In this document: positions 24,403 to 37,749 of the stretch, one piece after another
Numbering within the stretch: position 1 is the first letter of the stretch
How the letters are laid out: the number at the start of each line of letters is the position of its first letter
DNA from: Octopus sinensis
Lineage: Eukaryota
Direction: 5' to 3'
Length of the DNA: 64,000 nt
Assembly (NCBI RefSeq): GCF_006345805.1
Contig: NC_043006.1
Coordinates: forward strand, 82,460,001 to 82,524,000
Notes under the pieces: generated by a model
Database searches by the model: none
The model's input: the letters and a program-made list of their open reading frames with translations, nothing else
Told to the model about the DNA's origin: nothing
Made by a program: the position numbers and the translations under genes

Positions 24403-24788
24403 TAGCAGTGTCGCCCGGCGTTGCTCGGGTTTGTTTCGACCCTTTAGAATTGGAATTTTTTAAAAGTAAAAATTTCGCATTATGTAGCTTGTTATTCTCT
24501 TTAAGTGAGCATTTTCCTGGTTGAAATACACCAAAAAGTGGTGACACAGCAGTCAAAAAATCGTAAAAAATAGGGATTTTCATAGAAAAAAAGCACCTTT
24601 TTGATGTAAATAATGGTGTTAACATTGTCCGATTTGAATTTTATCTTCTACGGAATGAAGAGCAAGCCTTCTTCTATCATACTCTCAATTTTGGTCAACT
24701 TGCGCCGCAGGGTCCCGGAGGAGATAGTGTTAGTTGAAGGCTACCAAACCTACATACACAGACAACTTCAGCTTTATATATATTGAGA
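24402..24788 (-). mobile_element. Non-autonomous Helitron
   Basis: Minus strand 5' TC, 3' CCCGAGCAACGCCGGG hairpin plus CTAG; termini resemble 735-1031. Confidence 0.85.
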
Positions 24789-24969
24789 TATATAAAACAT
24801 ATACACAAGTACCTGGTATTGTCTAAACTAGAAAAAAAAATTAAAAGTAAAAATGCAAATCTCTGCTATAGTTAGCAACAGGTTCTTATACTGTGGAGAA
24901 AACTTCAATACATACATTCAAAAATGCACATACATGCACATCTATCTACATATCATATCCTATATATAC

Positions 24970-25005
<36 letters not shown>

Positions 25006-25019
25006 GTATATACACATAC

Positions 25020-25092
<73 letters not shown>

Positions 25093-25578
25093 TACACACA
25101 CACACACGCGCACACACACACACACACATGCATATATTTACATACAAAAGCAAATATATAAAGCAAATCATTGGGCCTACATAAAGAGATACGATTCATT
25201 GAGAAATACATAAAGACAGGGGAAATTGTATTGTTGACATTTTACTACCTGCTGCTCCATCTAAGAAGCAGGCAGCTATGGAAACAGATGAGTGAAAATT
25301 CACTCCTACAATAAAATGATATCCTTGAGAAGAACTAAATCACTTCAGCTGATCAATTGAGTCAAATAAGTTACCCACCCACACCTTAGACAATCTTCTT
25401 AGTATTAAATCTGGTTCACCTTTATCCCCTTGTACTTAATCTGTCTCTTATTTGCCTGAAGCTCTAGCTACACATGCTGCTGTCTAATTATAGGAATTTA
25501 ACCCAAGCATAAGTGACCTATATTTTAAGCCATAGAGTGCTCAGTGGATAAAGTGGTGAGTTGGCCGAAGTGTTAGAG

Positions 25579-25797
25579 CAGTGCTTTTCAAACTTTTTGC
25601 TGGAGCAGAACCCCAAGGAAACATTCCACTGGTTCGAGGAACCCCTGTGCAATAATTTAATAGTCTTATGCACACATATCTGCACAGGAGAATTAAAAAT
25701 TACTGCCAATTTTAGCAGTTTTGTAACTTCTTGTGGAACCCCTGGACTATACTGGCGGATCCCTAAGGTTCCGTGGAACCCTGGTTGAAAACCACTG
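25579..25797. mobile_element. hAT (Charlie-like) MITE, 219 bp
   Basis: TIRs CAGTGCTTTTCAA / TTGAAAACCACTG, perfect 8-bp TSD TGTTAGAG. Confidence 0.92.
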
Positions 25798-25999
25798 TGT
25801 TAGAGTATTAGAATATGTTTTAGCTTCCTATGCTCTGAGTTCAAATCCAAGAGAGGTCAATGTTGTATTTTATCTTTCCAGAGCTAATAAATAAAGTACC
25901 AATCTTCTCACTGTTTCTCTTTTGACTGTATCTGTAATTCAGAAATTCTGTCTAGTTTGATCTTGCTTCAGAATTGGTTTAAGGGTACTCATAACTGTG

Positions 26000-26225
26000 T
26001 GGAGGCACATGGCTTAGTGGTTAGAGTGTTGGACTCATGATTGTAAGATTGTGGTTTCAATTCTTGGACTGGGCAACACATATTCTTCAGCAAAACATTT
26101 CATTCCATGTTGCTCCAGTCCATTCAGCAGGTGAAAATGAGTAATCTTGTGGTAGACCAGCGTTCATCCAAGTGGGGAATATATATGCTATGAAGCCGGG
26201 AAACCAGCCCTTATGAATTGGTATG
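26000..26225 (+). mobile_element. Old tRNA-headed Meta-like SINE
   Basis: GGAGGCACATGGCTTAGTGGTTAGAG head; related to 53570-53793 and 54480-54660. Confidence 0.65.
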
Positions 26226-26784
26226 ACACAAGAAGATAACTTAATTACTTACCCACGTCTGTAAAGATTACTCCACACAGTTGTTAAAACACTATTCCCC
26301 CTCTTTGTCCTCTAAACAATACCTGTAATTTAATGGTCCAGTCTAGTCACATTTTATCCCCCAGATTTTGCTTGAGAAATGAATGAAGGTTACACATATC
26401 AGAGAAGAATACTCTATACAACTGCATATACATTATACATTAATTTCACAAGTATGGATTTCATTGGTCAAACAATTGAATGTTTATCATTGAGACTGGA
26501 AGACAACCCACCACTAATCTAAATGCAAACCAAATATCAAGACGATTGAGGACTTTGAATATTTCCTTGTGTTCAAATTCTCATAAGATCATCTAAATTT
26601 CCCTAGTTATTCACAAGACAAAGACTGGTATTATCTGATGATGGAATCAATTTACAGTCATTATTTTGCACCACCAGGCCTCCAGAAACAGCTGTTGGAC
26701 TCATAAAACTTTTATTCAAACTTTTTAATTCCCTATGTTGTTTCTATTCTGTGTAAGTCAGATCTTTTAATGTGTAAACATATT

Positions 26785-27000
26785 ACTCTTTTACTCTTTT
26801 ACTAGTTTCAGTTATTTAACCGTGTTCATACTGGAGCACCACCTTTAGTCAAGTAAACTGACTCCAGGACTTATTCTTTGTAAGCCTAGTACTTATTCTA
26901 TCAGTCTCTTTTGCTGAACCACTAAGTTACGGAGATGTAAACACACCAGCATCAGTTGTCAAGCGATGTTGAGGGGACAAACACAGACACACAAACATAT

Positions 27001-27046
<46 letters not shown>

Positions 27047-27205
27047 GACAGGCTCCTTTCAGTTTCTGTCTACCAAATCCACTCACAAGGTTTTGGTCGG
27101 CCTGAGGCTATAATAGAAGACACTTGCCCAAGGTGCCACGCAGTGGGACTGAACCCGGAACCATTTGATTGGTAAGTAAGCTACATACCACACAGCCACT
27201 CTTAC
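26785..27205 (-). mobile_element. OK-like SINE
   Basis: Reverse-complement match; a further partial copy at 27740-27960. Confidence 0.85.
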
Positions 27206-27563
27206 ACCTATATGTACATTATTTTGTATTAAATGTATTTAATATTTTTTGTATGTATCGACTTGCTCAACTTCCTTATCTTTACATTTACCCCTCTGCC
27301 TGTTGAAGTTTAATTCTCTTGAGCATTACAAAGTTTATTCTATACAGTGAATATCTGTCTCTAATCTATAAACTATACACGTTTTTCTTAGACTATTTTC
27401 TCTTTCTCTCTGGATCCTTCCTCTTTCCTCCTTCAGATGAAGGTCCATGTTTGGAAAGGCACACACCTTCTCTTTTTCTACCTTAAACTGTGCATCAAAC
27501 ATATACATAAACTGTGAACATCCTTTTGACTTTTGTTTTGTTTTTATTTTTATTTTTGATTTG

Positions 27564-27626
<63 letters not shown>

Positions 27627-29199
27627 TACACACACACATGCACACACACACATATATATGTACACACACACACACACACCACACACACATATGTATATAT
27701 ATGTATATATATATTATATATATATATATATACATTCTTATATTCTTTTACTTATTTCAGTCATTTGACTGTGGCCATGCTGGAGCACCATCTTAAGGGG
27801 TTTTAGTCAAACAAATCGATCCCAGGGCTTATTCTTTGTAAGCCTAGTACTTATTCTGGCTCTCTCTTTTGCTGAGCTGCAAATTTATGGGAGTGTAAAC
27901 ACACCAACATTGGTTGTCAAGCAATGGTGGAAGGGGACAAACAGACACAATCACACAAATATGTGTGTGTGTGTGTGTGTGTGTGTGTTGACATTATATG
28001 ATAGTTGTAAATCATACAATTGGTAGCATTGAGACAAATGAAAAAATGAGAGAGAGGGACAGAGAGAGAGAGAGAGAGGGGGAGAGAGAAAGAGAGAGAG
28101 AGGGAAGGAGAGAGAGTGTGTGAATGAGAGAGAGTGTGTGAATGAGAGAGAGAGAGTGAGAGAGACTGTCTATGAAACTCCAGTGAACAGACAAAACTAA
28201 TATGATGAGAGTTTATAAAGCTCTATGTATTCAGAGGTTATGACAGAAATCTCAAACTGTATGATAAAAAGGAGATTTAGCTGCTCTTTCTAGCTATGAG
28301 GTAGAGTGGATGGTGTTTTGACATTGACTTCAACAGACTGTTGTGTACTAAACTATTCACCCTTCACTTTTCCATCAGTGTTCTCTATAGTGTGTGCGCA
28401 CCGGTTAAGACAGTAATTAAATAAGTACGATATCTAAATCAGATGAACTGAACTTAACCTTAAAACAATTGATTTGTTTTCACGGAAAAATATTAAATTA
28501 AAGATACAAGAAACAAGTAAAAAGGTATATGTCAATGAATTATGTCTATACACACATGTGTATGTGTTTACATATACATACATACATACACATACACACA
28601 CACATATATAGATACACACATATATACATATAGATATCAAATGGATGTGTTATTCAGCACATACAATAACAGCCATACCAACAATCCAACATACCTCCAT
28701 CGTCAGCTGCCCTTCTGACATCACTATGGTTTCAACACCTAGGCAGAACCATTTAATCTAGCGGTGTCAACAGCACTAAAATAAGTGTTGTTTGGGAACA
28801 AACAAACCTTTGATATCACCATATTTATTCAATCTAGGAAGGCTTAAACACTAACATTATTAATTAAGCTACAACACAGAAACATATTTATCCTATGTAC
28901 AAAAACAGTATTGGTAAACAAATTCAATAAGTAAATCTATAACTAACTCCTAAGTTATCTAACTAAATAGCAACCTAGCCCTTGAAGTCCATGCAGATAA
29001 TATTCCTATCAGTCTTCCATAGTTTTTAATATAAAAGTGAAAGCTTTTATATTCTGTTCTTTTTAAAACAAAAACAAACATGACTGAACTTTACTAATAA
29101 TATAACTAATTCTTTCGTTTTCCTTGCATGCTTTAATGTTAAACTTATACCGGTAATTTAATAGATAATACTGAAATATCCTTATAAATAGGAACTAAT

Positions 29200-29234
<35 letters not shown>

Positions 29235-29235
<1 letters not shown>

Positions 29236-29645
29236 AAGTGAAATCGAAATCGAAACCGGAATCGAAATTGAACCAATCCTATGACTGGCATCCGGCAGAT
29301 GCCAGGACCCCTGGACTGGAGATACATAAAAAGCACTATCCGAATTGTGGCCGAAGCCAGTGCCGCCTCGACTGGCTTCCGTGCAGGTGGCACGTAAAAT
29401 GCACCAATCTGACCGTGGCCGATGCCAGCCTCGCCTGGCACCAGTGCAGGTGGCATGTAAAAAGCACCCACTACACTCACGGAGTGGTTGGCGTTAGGAA
29501 GGGCATCCAGCTGTAGAAACATAGCCAGATCAGACTGGGCGTGGTGCAGCCTTCTGGCTTCCCAGATCCCCGGTCGAACCGTCCAACCCATGCTAGCATG
29601 GAGAACGGACGTTAAACGATGATGATGACGATGATGATGATGATG
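29235..29645 (+). mobile_element. RTE-like (GAT)n-tailed element
   Basis: (GAAATC)n, three units, core and tail; very similar to 63315-63675. Confidence 0.8.
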
Positions 29646-30071
29646 AAAGAAAGTAAGATGACAAAGGAATAAATGTCTATCTTATGAACTTCATTAGCTT
29701 ACAGCTGTTTCTGCTATAAAATGCAGTGGAACCATAGGCGAGAGTGCCGGAGTAACACCTTGCAACTTAATCATTTATTTCTTTGTCATCTTATTTTCTT
29801 ATTAATGCTTTGTACTCAACTCACGCTTGCATGTATATATGTATGGATGTGTGTATATATATGTATACATGCATTTATGTATGTATTTGTAAATATATAT
29901 ATGTATGCATATATATTGTATGTATGTGTGTATATATAGTGTATATGTATGTATGTATGTAATTATGTCTATTTATTTATCTAAGTATCAATATATGTGT
30001 ATATTTGAGTATACATATATGAGGATAGATGTACAGCTGGAGGGATAGATTTGTATGTTGATTTTCTTATA

Positions 30072-30959
30072 CAGGGTGTCCGAAACCTACTGATGGGTTT
30101 CAATTTTTAATAACTTCCTTAACTTCACAAATAAATGCATGAAATTTTGATACAATATAAAGGACATAATGAAAATTAATAAGCACAAGTCAAATTTTGC
30201 AATACCACTTAATCATATATGAAAAAGGACATTGCTTAAATGGCAGCCATTTTTAGCTTTGCATACACATGCTCTTTTCAAAACTTACACCATAACACTC
30301 TCAAGAGTTTCGGATCCCAGTTCTCTGATTTCTCTATTGATGTTCTCCTTCATTTGTACCAGGGTCTCTGGTTTCTTGACATAAACCCTTTCTTTCAAGT
30401 ATCCCTACAAGTAAAAATTCAGGCTAGTCAAGTCTGGGGAACATGAAAGGCCATTCAAAGTAGAACATATACATGGTTCCAGCAAAATGGGACAACTGCT
30501 CATACTGCAAGGGAAACAGTGCAGTTGCTATGGCAATGCTTTGGAGAGAGAATAATCTCCCGCTATGGCAATGTCAACTGGCCTTCATTTTCCTCACACT
30601 TGACTAGCTTGGATTTTTTCTTGTGGGGATACTTGAAAGAGAGGGTTTACATCAAAACCTGGAGACCCTGGTGCAACTGAAGGAGAACATCAATACAAAA
30701 ATCAGAGAAGTAGGATCTTAAACCCTTAAGGGTGTTATGGTGCATGTTTTGGAAAGAACATGGGTGTGTGAAGCTAAAAATGGCTGCCATTTAAGCAATG
30801 TCATTTTTCAGTTGTGATGTAGTGGTGTTGCAAAATTTGACTGATGCGTATTAATTTCCATTATGTCCTTTATATTGTATCAAAATTTCATGCATTTATT
30901 TGTAAAGTTAAGGAAGTTATTAAAAATTGAAACTGCTCAGTGACTTTTGGGACACCCTG
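30072..30959. mobile_element. Tc1/mariner rosa-type (DD41D) derivative made of two inverted 3' ends
   Basis: TA|CAGGGTG...CACCCTG|TA; ~390-bp inverted arms; plus strand WFQQNGTTAHTA...WPSFSSHLTSLDFFLWGYLKERVY with 41 residues between the 2nd and 3rd catalytic positions. Confidence 0.85.
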
Positions 30960-30979
30960 TATATGTATATTCTAAAGTG

Positions 30980-31195
30980 GCAAGCTGGTAGAATTGTTAG
31001 CACACCAGGCAAAATGCTTAGCACTATTTCATCCATCTTAATGTTCTGAGTTCAATTTTCATCAAAATCAGTTTAGCTTTTCATTCTTTCAGGGTCGATA
31101 GCATAAGTACCAGTTGAGAACTGGGGTCAATTAAAATAACCATTACCTTACTTATCCCCTAGAATTACTGGCCTTGTGCCAAAATTTGAAGTTGA
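30980..31195 (+). mobile_element. ~240-bp SINE family (AAGGCGGCGAGCTGGCAGAA head), diverged copy
   Basis: Related to 45100-45310, 53905-54136 and 60290-60475 (minus) and 12040-12200, 50750-50935 (plus). Confidence 0.65.
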
Positions 31196-31704
31196 TATTC
31201 TTATATATATGTGTGTGTGTGTGTATGTATGTCTGTGTGTATATATATTTGTTAAAATATTTCGTATTTATAAGATTATTTATGTATATTTATTAATTTA
31301 TCTAATTAATTATTTTATTATTGTTGTTATCTTTAACCTAAAGAGTAACTATATTCATATTGAAGTGATTTTACTACTACTACTATTATTTTTACTATTA
31401 TTTCTTAAATATAGCCACGAAACAAGTGTCGTTATTCTACCAAATATATACATTTTATTTGTTGTTTTGCACATTACTTAATCATCGTTATATATTTTAT
31501 CTTATATTTGATCTTTCTGCAGTTCGTAATTTCCTAGATGGTATAATTTAGTTTTTCATTGTTGAATTGATAAAAGGTGGTTTTTTTCTAATTTATATAT
31601 ATATATTATATTTTGTGAAATTTGATTTAGTATTTCTAAATTGAATTTTTTCCCTGTAAGTTTGGAATAATATTCCCTCATATTATATATATATATATAT
31701 ATAT

Positions 31705-32557
31705 CAGGGACGTGCCTACTTTGAATAAAATAGATTGAGGGCAACACTTTCTTTTTATGGCAAAATATGTACCTAATTCAATAAAATTATGAAGGTTATG
31801 CGGATTACTATGCATAAAATGCAAAATATATATTTTTTTTGTAGATTAGGTAGGCATAAGTCGTCCCTGCCTTTCAAACTCAGTATTTAAGCTACACATA
31901 GTACTGCTATAGTACACATTCTGCATACACTCATACAATACCATTTTCTTTACATCCTATAAAGGCAGAAATAAATCTGCCTTCAACTCAGTTGTGGGCC
32001 TGTGTTTTGCTTATTTTTTGTGTTTTACTGCATAAAGGTCACCAACTGCCTAGCCTGAGTAATTACTGATGGCACGTACCTGATATATATACATACATAT
32101 GTATATATGTATGTATGTATGTATGTATGTACATATATGTGTGTGCACGTATATATATATATATTATATATATATATATCAGGGACGTGCCTACTTTGAA
32201 TAAAATAGATTGAGGGCAACACTTTCTTTTTATGGCAAAATATGTACCTAATTCAATAAAATTATGAAGGTTATGCGGATTACTATGCATAAAATGCAAA
32301 ATATATATTTTTTTTGTAGATTAGGTAGGCATAAGTCGTCCCTGCCTTTCAAACTCAGTATTTAAGCTACACATAGTACTGCTATAGTACACATTCTGCA
32401 TACACTCATACAATACCATTTTCTTTACATCCTATAAAGGCAGAAATAAATCTGCCTTCAACTCAGTTGTGGGCCTGTGTTTTGCTTATTTTTTGTGTTT
32501 TACTGCATAAAGGTCACCAACTGCCTAGCCTGAGTAATTACTGATGGCACGTACCTG
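31705..32557. mobile_element. 378-bp hAT-like MITE present twice in tandem (31705-32082, 32180-32557)
   Basis: TIR CAGGGACGTGCC / GGCACGTACCTG, ATATATAT on both sides; period 475 bp; no differences seen by eye. Confidence 0.75.
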
Positions 32558-32623
32558 ATATATATACATACATATGTATATATGTATGTATGTATGTATG
32601 TATGTACATATATGTGTGTGCAC

Positions 32624-32675
<52 letters not shown>

Positions 32676-33228
32676 AAGTGTGTATATAAATATGTAGATA
32701 TATATATATGTATGTGTGTGTTTATATATATATATATTTTTTTTTTTTTCTGGTTTCAGGCATTGGATTGTAGCCATGTTAAGCTACTAATCTTCATGGT
32801 ATTTTGTAGTTGGTTACATCAGTACAATTATATATATATTTCAGAACGGCATTTATTTTATCAGTATTTTTATCAAATCCTTCACCACACCATTTTTGAA
32901 GTGGGAAAAATAAACTTAGATGCATCCTTGTGCATGCACACACATGCACATGTACAAACACACATACATACATGCATGTGCACACATACGGAGGTACACA
33001 CACAGATACACACACTCATGCACATGTGTGTATGTCTCCCTCTATTTTTCTCTCTGTATATAAGTGTGTGCGTATGTGTGTGTGTGTGTATGTGTGTGTG
33101 TGTGCATGTGCTTTTATGCACATAAGTATGAATGTATGTATATATATGCATTAGCCAATGTAGCTTTTGTCCATCTATCCATCCATCCCTCTCTCCATCT
33201 GTCTGTCTCTCTGTATGTCCGTCCATCC

Positions 33229-33276
<48 letters not shown>

Positions 33277-33574
33277 GTCTATCTGTGTGTATGTGTCTGT
33301 GCATGTGTGTGCATTTCTTTTACTTGTTGCAGTCATTTGACTGCAGCCATGCTGGAGCACTGCCTTCAAAGTTCCAATAGTATTTGACCAATTTTAAATA
33401 CTATTGGAACTTACTCACAAGGTACAGGAAACTTATATTTTTACCATTCTGCTTAAATAATGGAACTGCAGATACAATATCCCTGCATATCTCACGTCTG
33501 TTTTCATTCCTCCACTTCACTCTCTATTTCATATCTTCTCTAGAATAACTATTGCTTGACCATTTTCTCGCACC

Positions 33575-33622
33575 GTCTCTGATGAAGGGATATATAAAAT
33601 ATCTCGGAAACAGCTGTAAGAC
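33575..33622 (+). ncRNA. Minimal type I hammerhead motif in a ~200-bp repeat
   Basis: GTCT-CTGATGA-A-GGGATAT(ATAAA)ATATCTC-G-GAAA-C(AGCT)GTA^AGAC. Confidence 0.75.
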
Positions 33623-33867
33623 CTCTTTATAAATGTCCTGAAATCTTTCACAGCCTTGGATTTTTATGTCATTCTGTTAATTTTTTATATATACATGCTA
33701 ATATATGACCTACGTTGGACTTCTCATTCACATAATCACCAAACCTAGAGCTTAACTATAGTCTATCCATAGCACTTACTCAGCATTACCTGACACCTCG
33801 GGTCTTCTTGACACCATTACCTCTCATAACCTCAATATATATTATTATTATTATTATTATTATTATT

Positions 33868-34153
33868 GAGTGAGAGAGCAGTGCATGCCATCAAAGTGAC
33901 ACTGGGGTAAAATATACGAAGCCCAATATACCCATCATGACTACCCGTCTGATAAGGGTACACCAGGCATATGCATCACAACCATATGTGCGCGACATGG
34001 TGATCTCATATCAAGATAAACAGCACATGACCTTGCAGGTGGGGCCCAGTTAGAATTTTCTTCAGGTTGAGTAGCCCATCCCGCTCAAAAGGTCCCTGAA
34101 TAAGGGTTGTTTAAGGATGTTGAAAGAGCCACCCATGTTTCCAGAGGTGAATT
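33868..34153 (-). mobile_element. 5'-truncated copy of the 555-bp (TAA)n-associated element
   Basis: Reverse complement of the 3' half of 41371-41925; TAA/TTA repeats on both sides. Confidence 0.85.
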
Positions 34154-34208
34154 ATTCTATTATTATTATTTTATTATTATTATTATGATATATATATATG
34201 TATATATA

Positions 34209-34246
<38 letters not shown>

Positions 34247-34249
34247 TAT

Positions 34250-34282
<33 letters not shown>

Positions 34283-35298
34283 ATATAAAATATATTACAC
34301 ACACACACCACATATATGTATATAAATGAATGTATGAATTTCAACTTCACTCTTGTACATATATCTGTTTGTGTGTGTGTGTGCATGTAAATGGAGAGAG
34401 AGTGAGAGAGACAAAAGAGAAGGGATTAACTAGACTTATAATGCGAACAGCTGTACTTGGTTTGTCAGTGAGTGAAACCTAACCACCACGCTTCCCAACA
34501 ACACCAACATACCAACATGATGTATTACTTTTACTGCTACATGTTTATTTTTAGTTTCACTATATAAGTCATTCTGTGAAATGATAACGTAGTTATGCTG
34601 TAGGAGTTGATGAAAGAAATACCAGTAATATATAAGGGCCAGTTCATTTCATTAGACTAGGCTTCTGTTTTGTGCTGGTGTCCTTAGGATTTTTGTTGCT
34701 ATTTTAATGTTTGGTTATTTATTGCAAAAGATAAAAGGAACCAAAATAAAGAGAAAGGTGAAAAAATAAAAGAAAATGGTAAGAATCAAAGAGAGAAATT
34801 GAAGAAGAAAAATCCACAAACACAATAAAAGAACTGTGAATATGTGTTAGTGTGTGTGTGTAAGCACATGGGTGAGAAAGTGTGTGAAGGTGTATGTGTA
34901 TGTGGGAGATAGTGTATGAGTCTGTTTGTGTGTCTTGTGTGTGTGGGGGGGGAGAGAGAAACAGAGAGACAGAGACAGTGTGTGTGTTTGTGAATGTGTT
35001 TGACAGAGGGACAATGTATGTGTAACTATGTGTGACTATGTGTATGACTCTGTGCGCGTGTGTATGTGTGTGTGTGTTGTTTTTTTGTTAAATAACAGAC
35101 TTATTATCAGAGCCATTTTAATCTTTATCAGCTTGTGTATCTAGGAACACACTTGGCAAATGTGCTGCTTTTTACTCCTTTTGTTTTCATAAGATTATAA
35201 TGGGTGTGATATGGAAGAATTTGGCAGGTATTTCTACCTGTCCAAGGGACCATTTAAAAGTTCCCTCATTTGCACTGTACGAGTGCATATATATACAT

Positions 35299-35396
<98 letters not shown>

Positions 35397-35474
35397 TATA
35401 CATATATACATATATAGGGAGATGTACTCGCATAGCAAGTGATTTGATCTGAGATCGTGTGCTGAAACGAAAAC

Positions 35475-35697
35475 AATTGCAGCGTGGAAAGTGTTTGTAA
35501 GCCATTTAAGAAACACACAAAAGCCGTTCGATTCACTTCAACATTTAAGTTTAATTTGTCAAAATATTTTCGTCGCTAAAATCCGCGACCTGTTCACTGA
35601 CAAAAATATTTTGACAAATTAAACTTAAATGTTGAAGTGAATCGAACGGCTTTTGTGTGTTCTTAAATGGCTTACAAACACCTTCCACGCTGCAATT
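35475..35697. repeat. Palindrome with ~95-bp arms (35475-35570 / 35603-35697)
   Basis: Near-perfect reverse-complement arms, flanked by (AT)n-rich DNA. Confidence 0.9.
35555..35605 (-). ncRNA. Hammerhead-like motif with G3:C8 swapped core
   Basis: TTTGTCA-GTGAACA-G-GTCGC(GGATTTTA)GCGAC-GAAA-ATATTT^TGACAAA. Confidence 0.6.
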
Positions 35698-35723
35698 ATA
35701 TATATATATATATACATATATAT

Positions 35724-35798
<75 letters not shown>

Positions 35799-35809
35799 TG
35801 CATATACAT

Positions 35810-35845
<36 letters not shown>

Positions 35846-36259
35846 GAATGTGTGTGTGTTTGTGCATATGTATCTGTGTATGTGTGTGTGTGTGTGTGCA
35901 CGCATGTTAGTAAGTGATGAGCAAAGAGCAAATTAAAACTGTGAAGAAGTGGAGGAACTGAAATAACACACGTGTAAGAAGTGGGGGGAAAAAAGAAAGA
36001 AAAAGAAAAAGAAAAAAGGAGGAGGAGGAAGAAGAGTAAACTCAAGATAAAAGTGAGGTGGGCAAGAAGAACTGAGAGAGGAAAAAAAAAGGGGGAAGAA
36101 GGTGAAGGGAGCAGTTAGGTAAGTTGTTGAGAAATGAAGGTGAAAGGAAAAGAAAAACAAAATCTGGTGAGGCTACAATCAGTTCTAATTTTGAATGTTC
36201 AGCTACCAAGGTAGACGTAGGTGAATGTGTTTGTACGTGTTTTGTATTTTTTTTCTTTT

Positions 36260-36508
36260 TCACTTGTTTCAGTCATTTGACTGTGGCCATGCTGGGGTAC
36301 TGACTTGGAAGGGTTTTAGCTGAACAAAATCAACCCTAGGACTTGCTTTTTGAAGCCTGGCGCTTATTCTATCGGTGGTTTTTTTGTTGAACCGCTAAGT
36401 TACAGGGACGTAAACACACCAACACCGGTTGTCAAGCAGTGATGGGGGACAAACACAGACACATAGACATACACACAGATACATACATACATACATACAT
36501 ACATACAT

Positions 36509-36552
<44 letters not shown>

Positions 36553-36710
36553 GATGGGCTTCTTTCAGTTTTTGTCTACCAAATTCACTCACAAAGCTTT
36601 GCTCGGCCCAAGGCTATAGTAGAAGACTCTTGCCCATGGTGCCATGCTGTGGGACTGAACCTGGGGCCATGTGGTTGGGAAGCAACATTCTTACCACACT
36701 GCCACATGAG
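36260..36710 (-). mobile_element. OK-like SINE (diverged subfamily)
   Basis: Reverse-complement match to the family. Confidence 0.8.
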
Positions 36711-36766
36711 TATGATGTATGCATGCATGTATTTATGTATGTATGCATGTACATAGCTATCTGTCA

Positions 36767-36824
<58 letters not shown>

Positions 36825-37365
36825 ATATATATATATATATACATACATACATATATCAGAGTAAACATAAATGGGAAACAAGGTGGGCAAAAATAATACT
36901 TGAATAATAGTAATATACTTTATTATTAAAGCTGCAAAAACATTACAAAAATATCACAAAAGTCTGCTACTGTGATGTTTTCACAGCTTTAATAATGAAG
37001 TATATATATTTTCCTTCTCCTCCTCCTTATCATCATCATTTCTTTAACATCTACCTTTCCATGTCCATGCTTGCATGGGTCAGATGAAGTTTTCAATGCC
37101 CATACATGTTTTGAGAGATGGATGCAAAAGCCATACATACAGATATGTATGGTTGTGTGGTTAAAAAGTTTGCTTTCTATTTGAGTATTCAACACATTTT
37201 GGGCTGCTAGTTCTGTTGCATAAATTACTGATATCGAGCAGTGTTTAATTTTCAGACTAAATTTTAGTATAGTGTATATCCAAAGATTTTAACTGTCTCT
37301 TCTGTTATAAGAGAATTGAATTTAGTAGATGCAAAACACTAATGCCTGTCATTTTCATATAGGTA

Positions 37366-37749
37366 GGTAGGAGCACTCCATCGGTTATGACGACGAGGGT
37401 TCCAGTTGATCCGATCAACGGAACAGCCTGCTCGTTAAATTAAGGTGTAAGTGGCTGAGCACTCCACAGACACGTGTACCCTTAACGTAGTTCTCGGGGA
37501 TATTCAGCATGACACAGAGAGTGACAAGGCCGGCCCTTTGAAATGCAGGTACAACAGAAACAGGAAGTAAGCATGAGAGAAAGTTGTGGTGAAAGAGTAC
37601 AGCAGGGATCACCACCATCCCTGCCGGAGCCTTGTGGAGCTTTAGGTGTTTTTGCTCAATAAACACTCACAACGCCCGGTCTGGGAATCGAAACCGCGAT
37701 TCTACGACCGCGAGTCCACTGCCCTAACCACTGGGCCATTGCGCCTCCA
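37366..37749 (-). mobile_element. Full-length tRNA-Arg-like SINE (OR-type, ~385 bp)
   Basis: Minus strand GGAGGCGCAATGGCCCAGTGG...GGACTCGCGG...GGTTTCGATTCCC; (CCTA)n tail. Confidence 0.88.

Noticed and set aside
26635-26700. CTGATGA...TCCA-GAAACAGCTGTT
   Set aside because: Stem I does not pair; at most a decayed relic.
33365-33415. 17-bp-arm hairpin
   Set aside because: Short and AT-rich, at a SINE junction; nothing suggests function.
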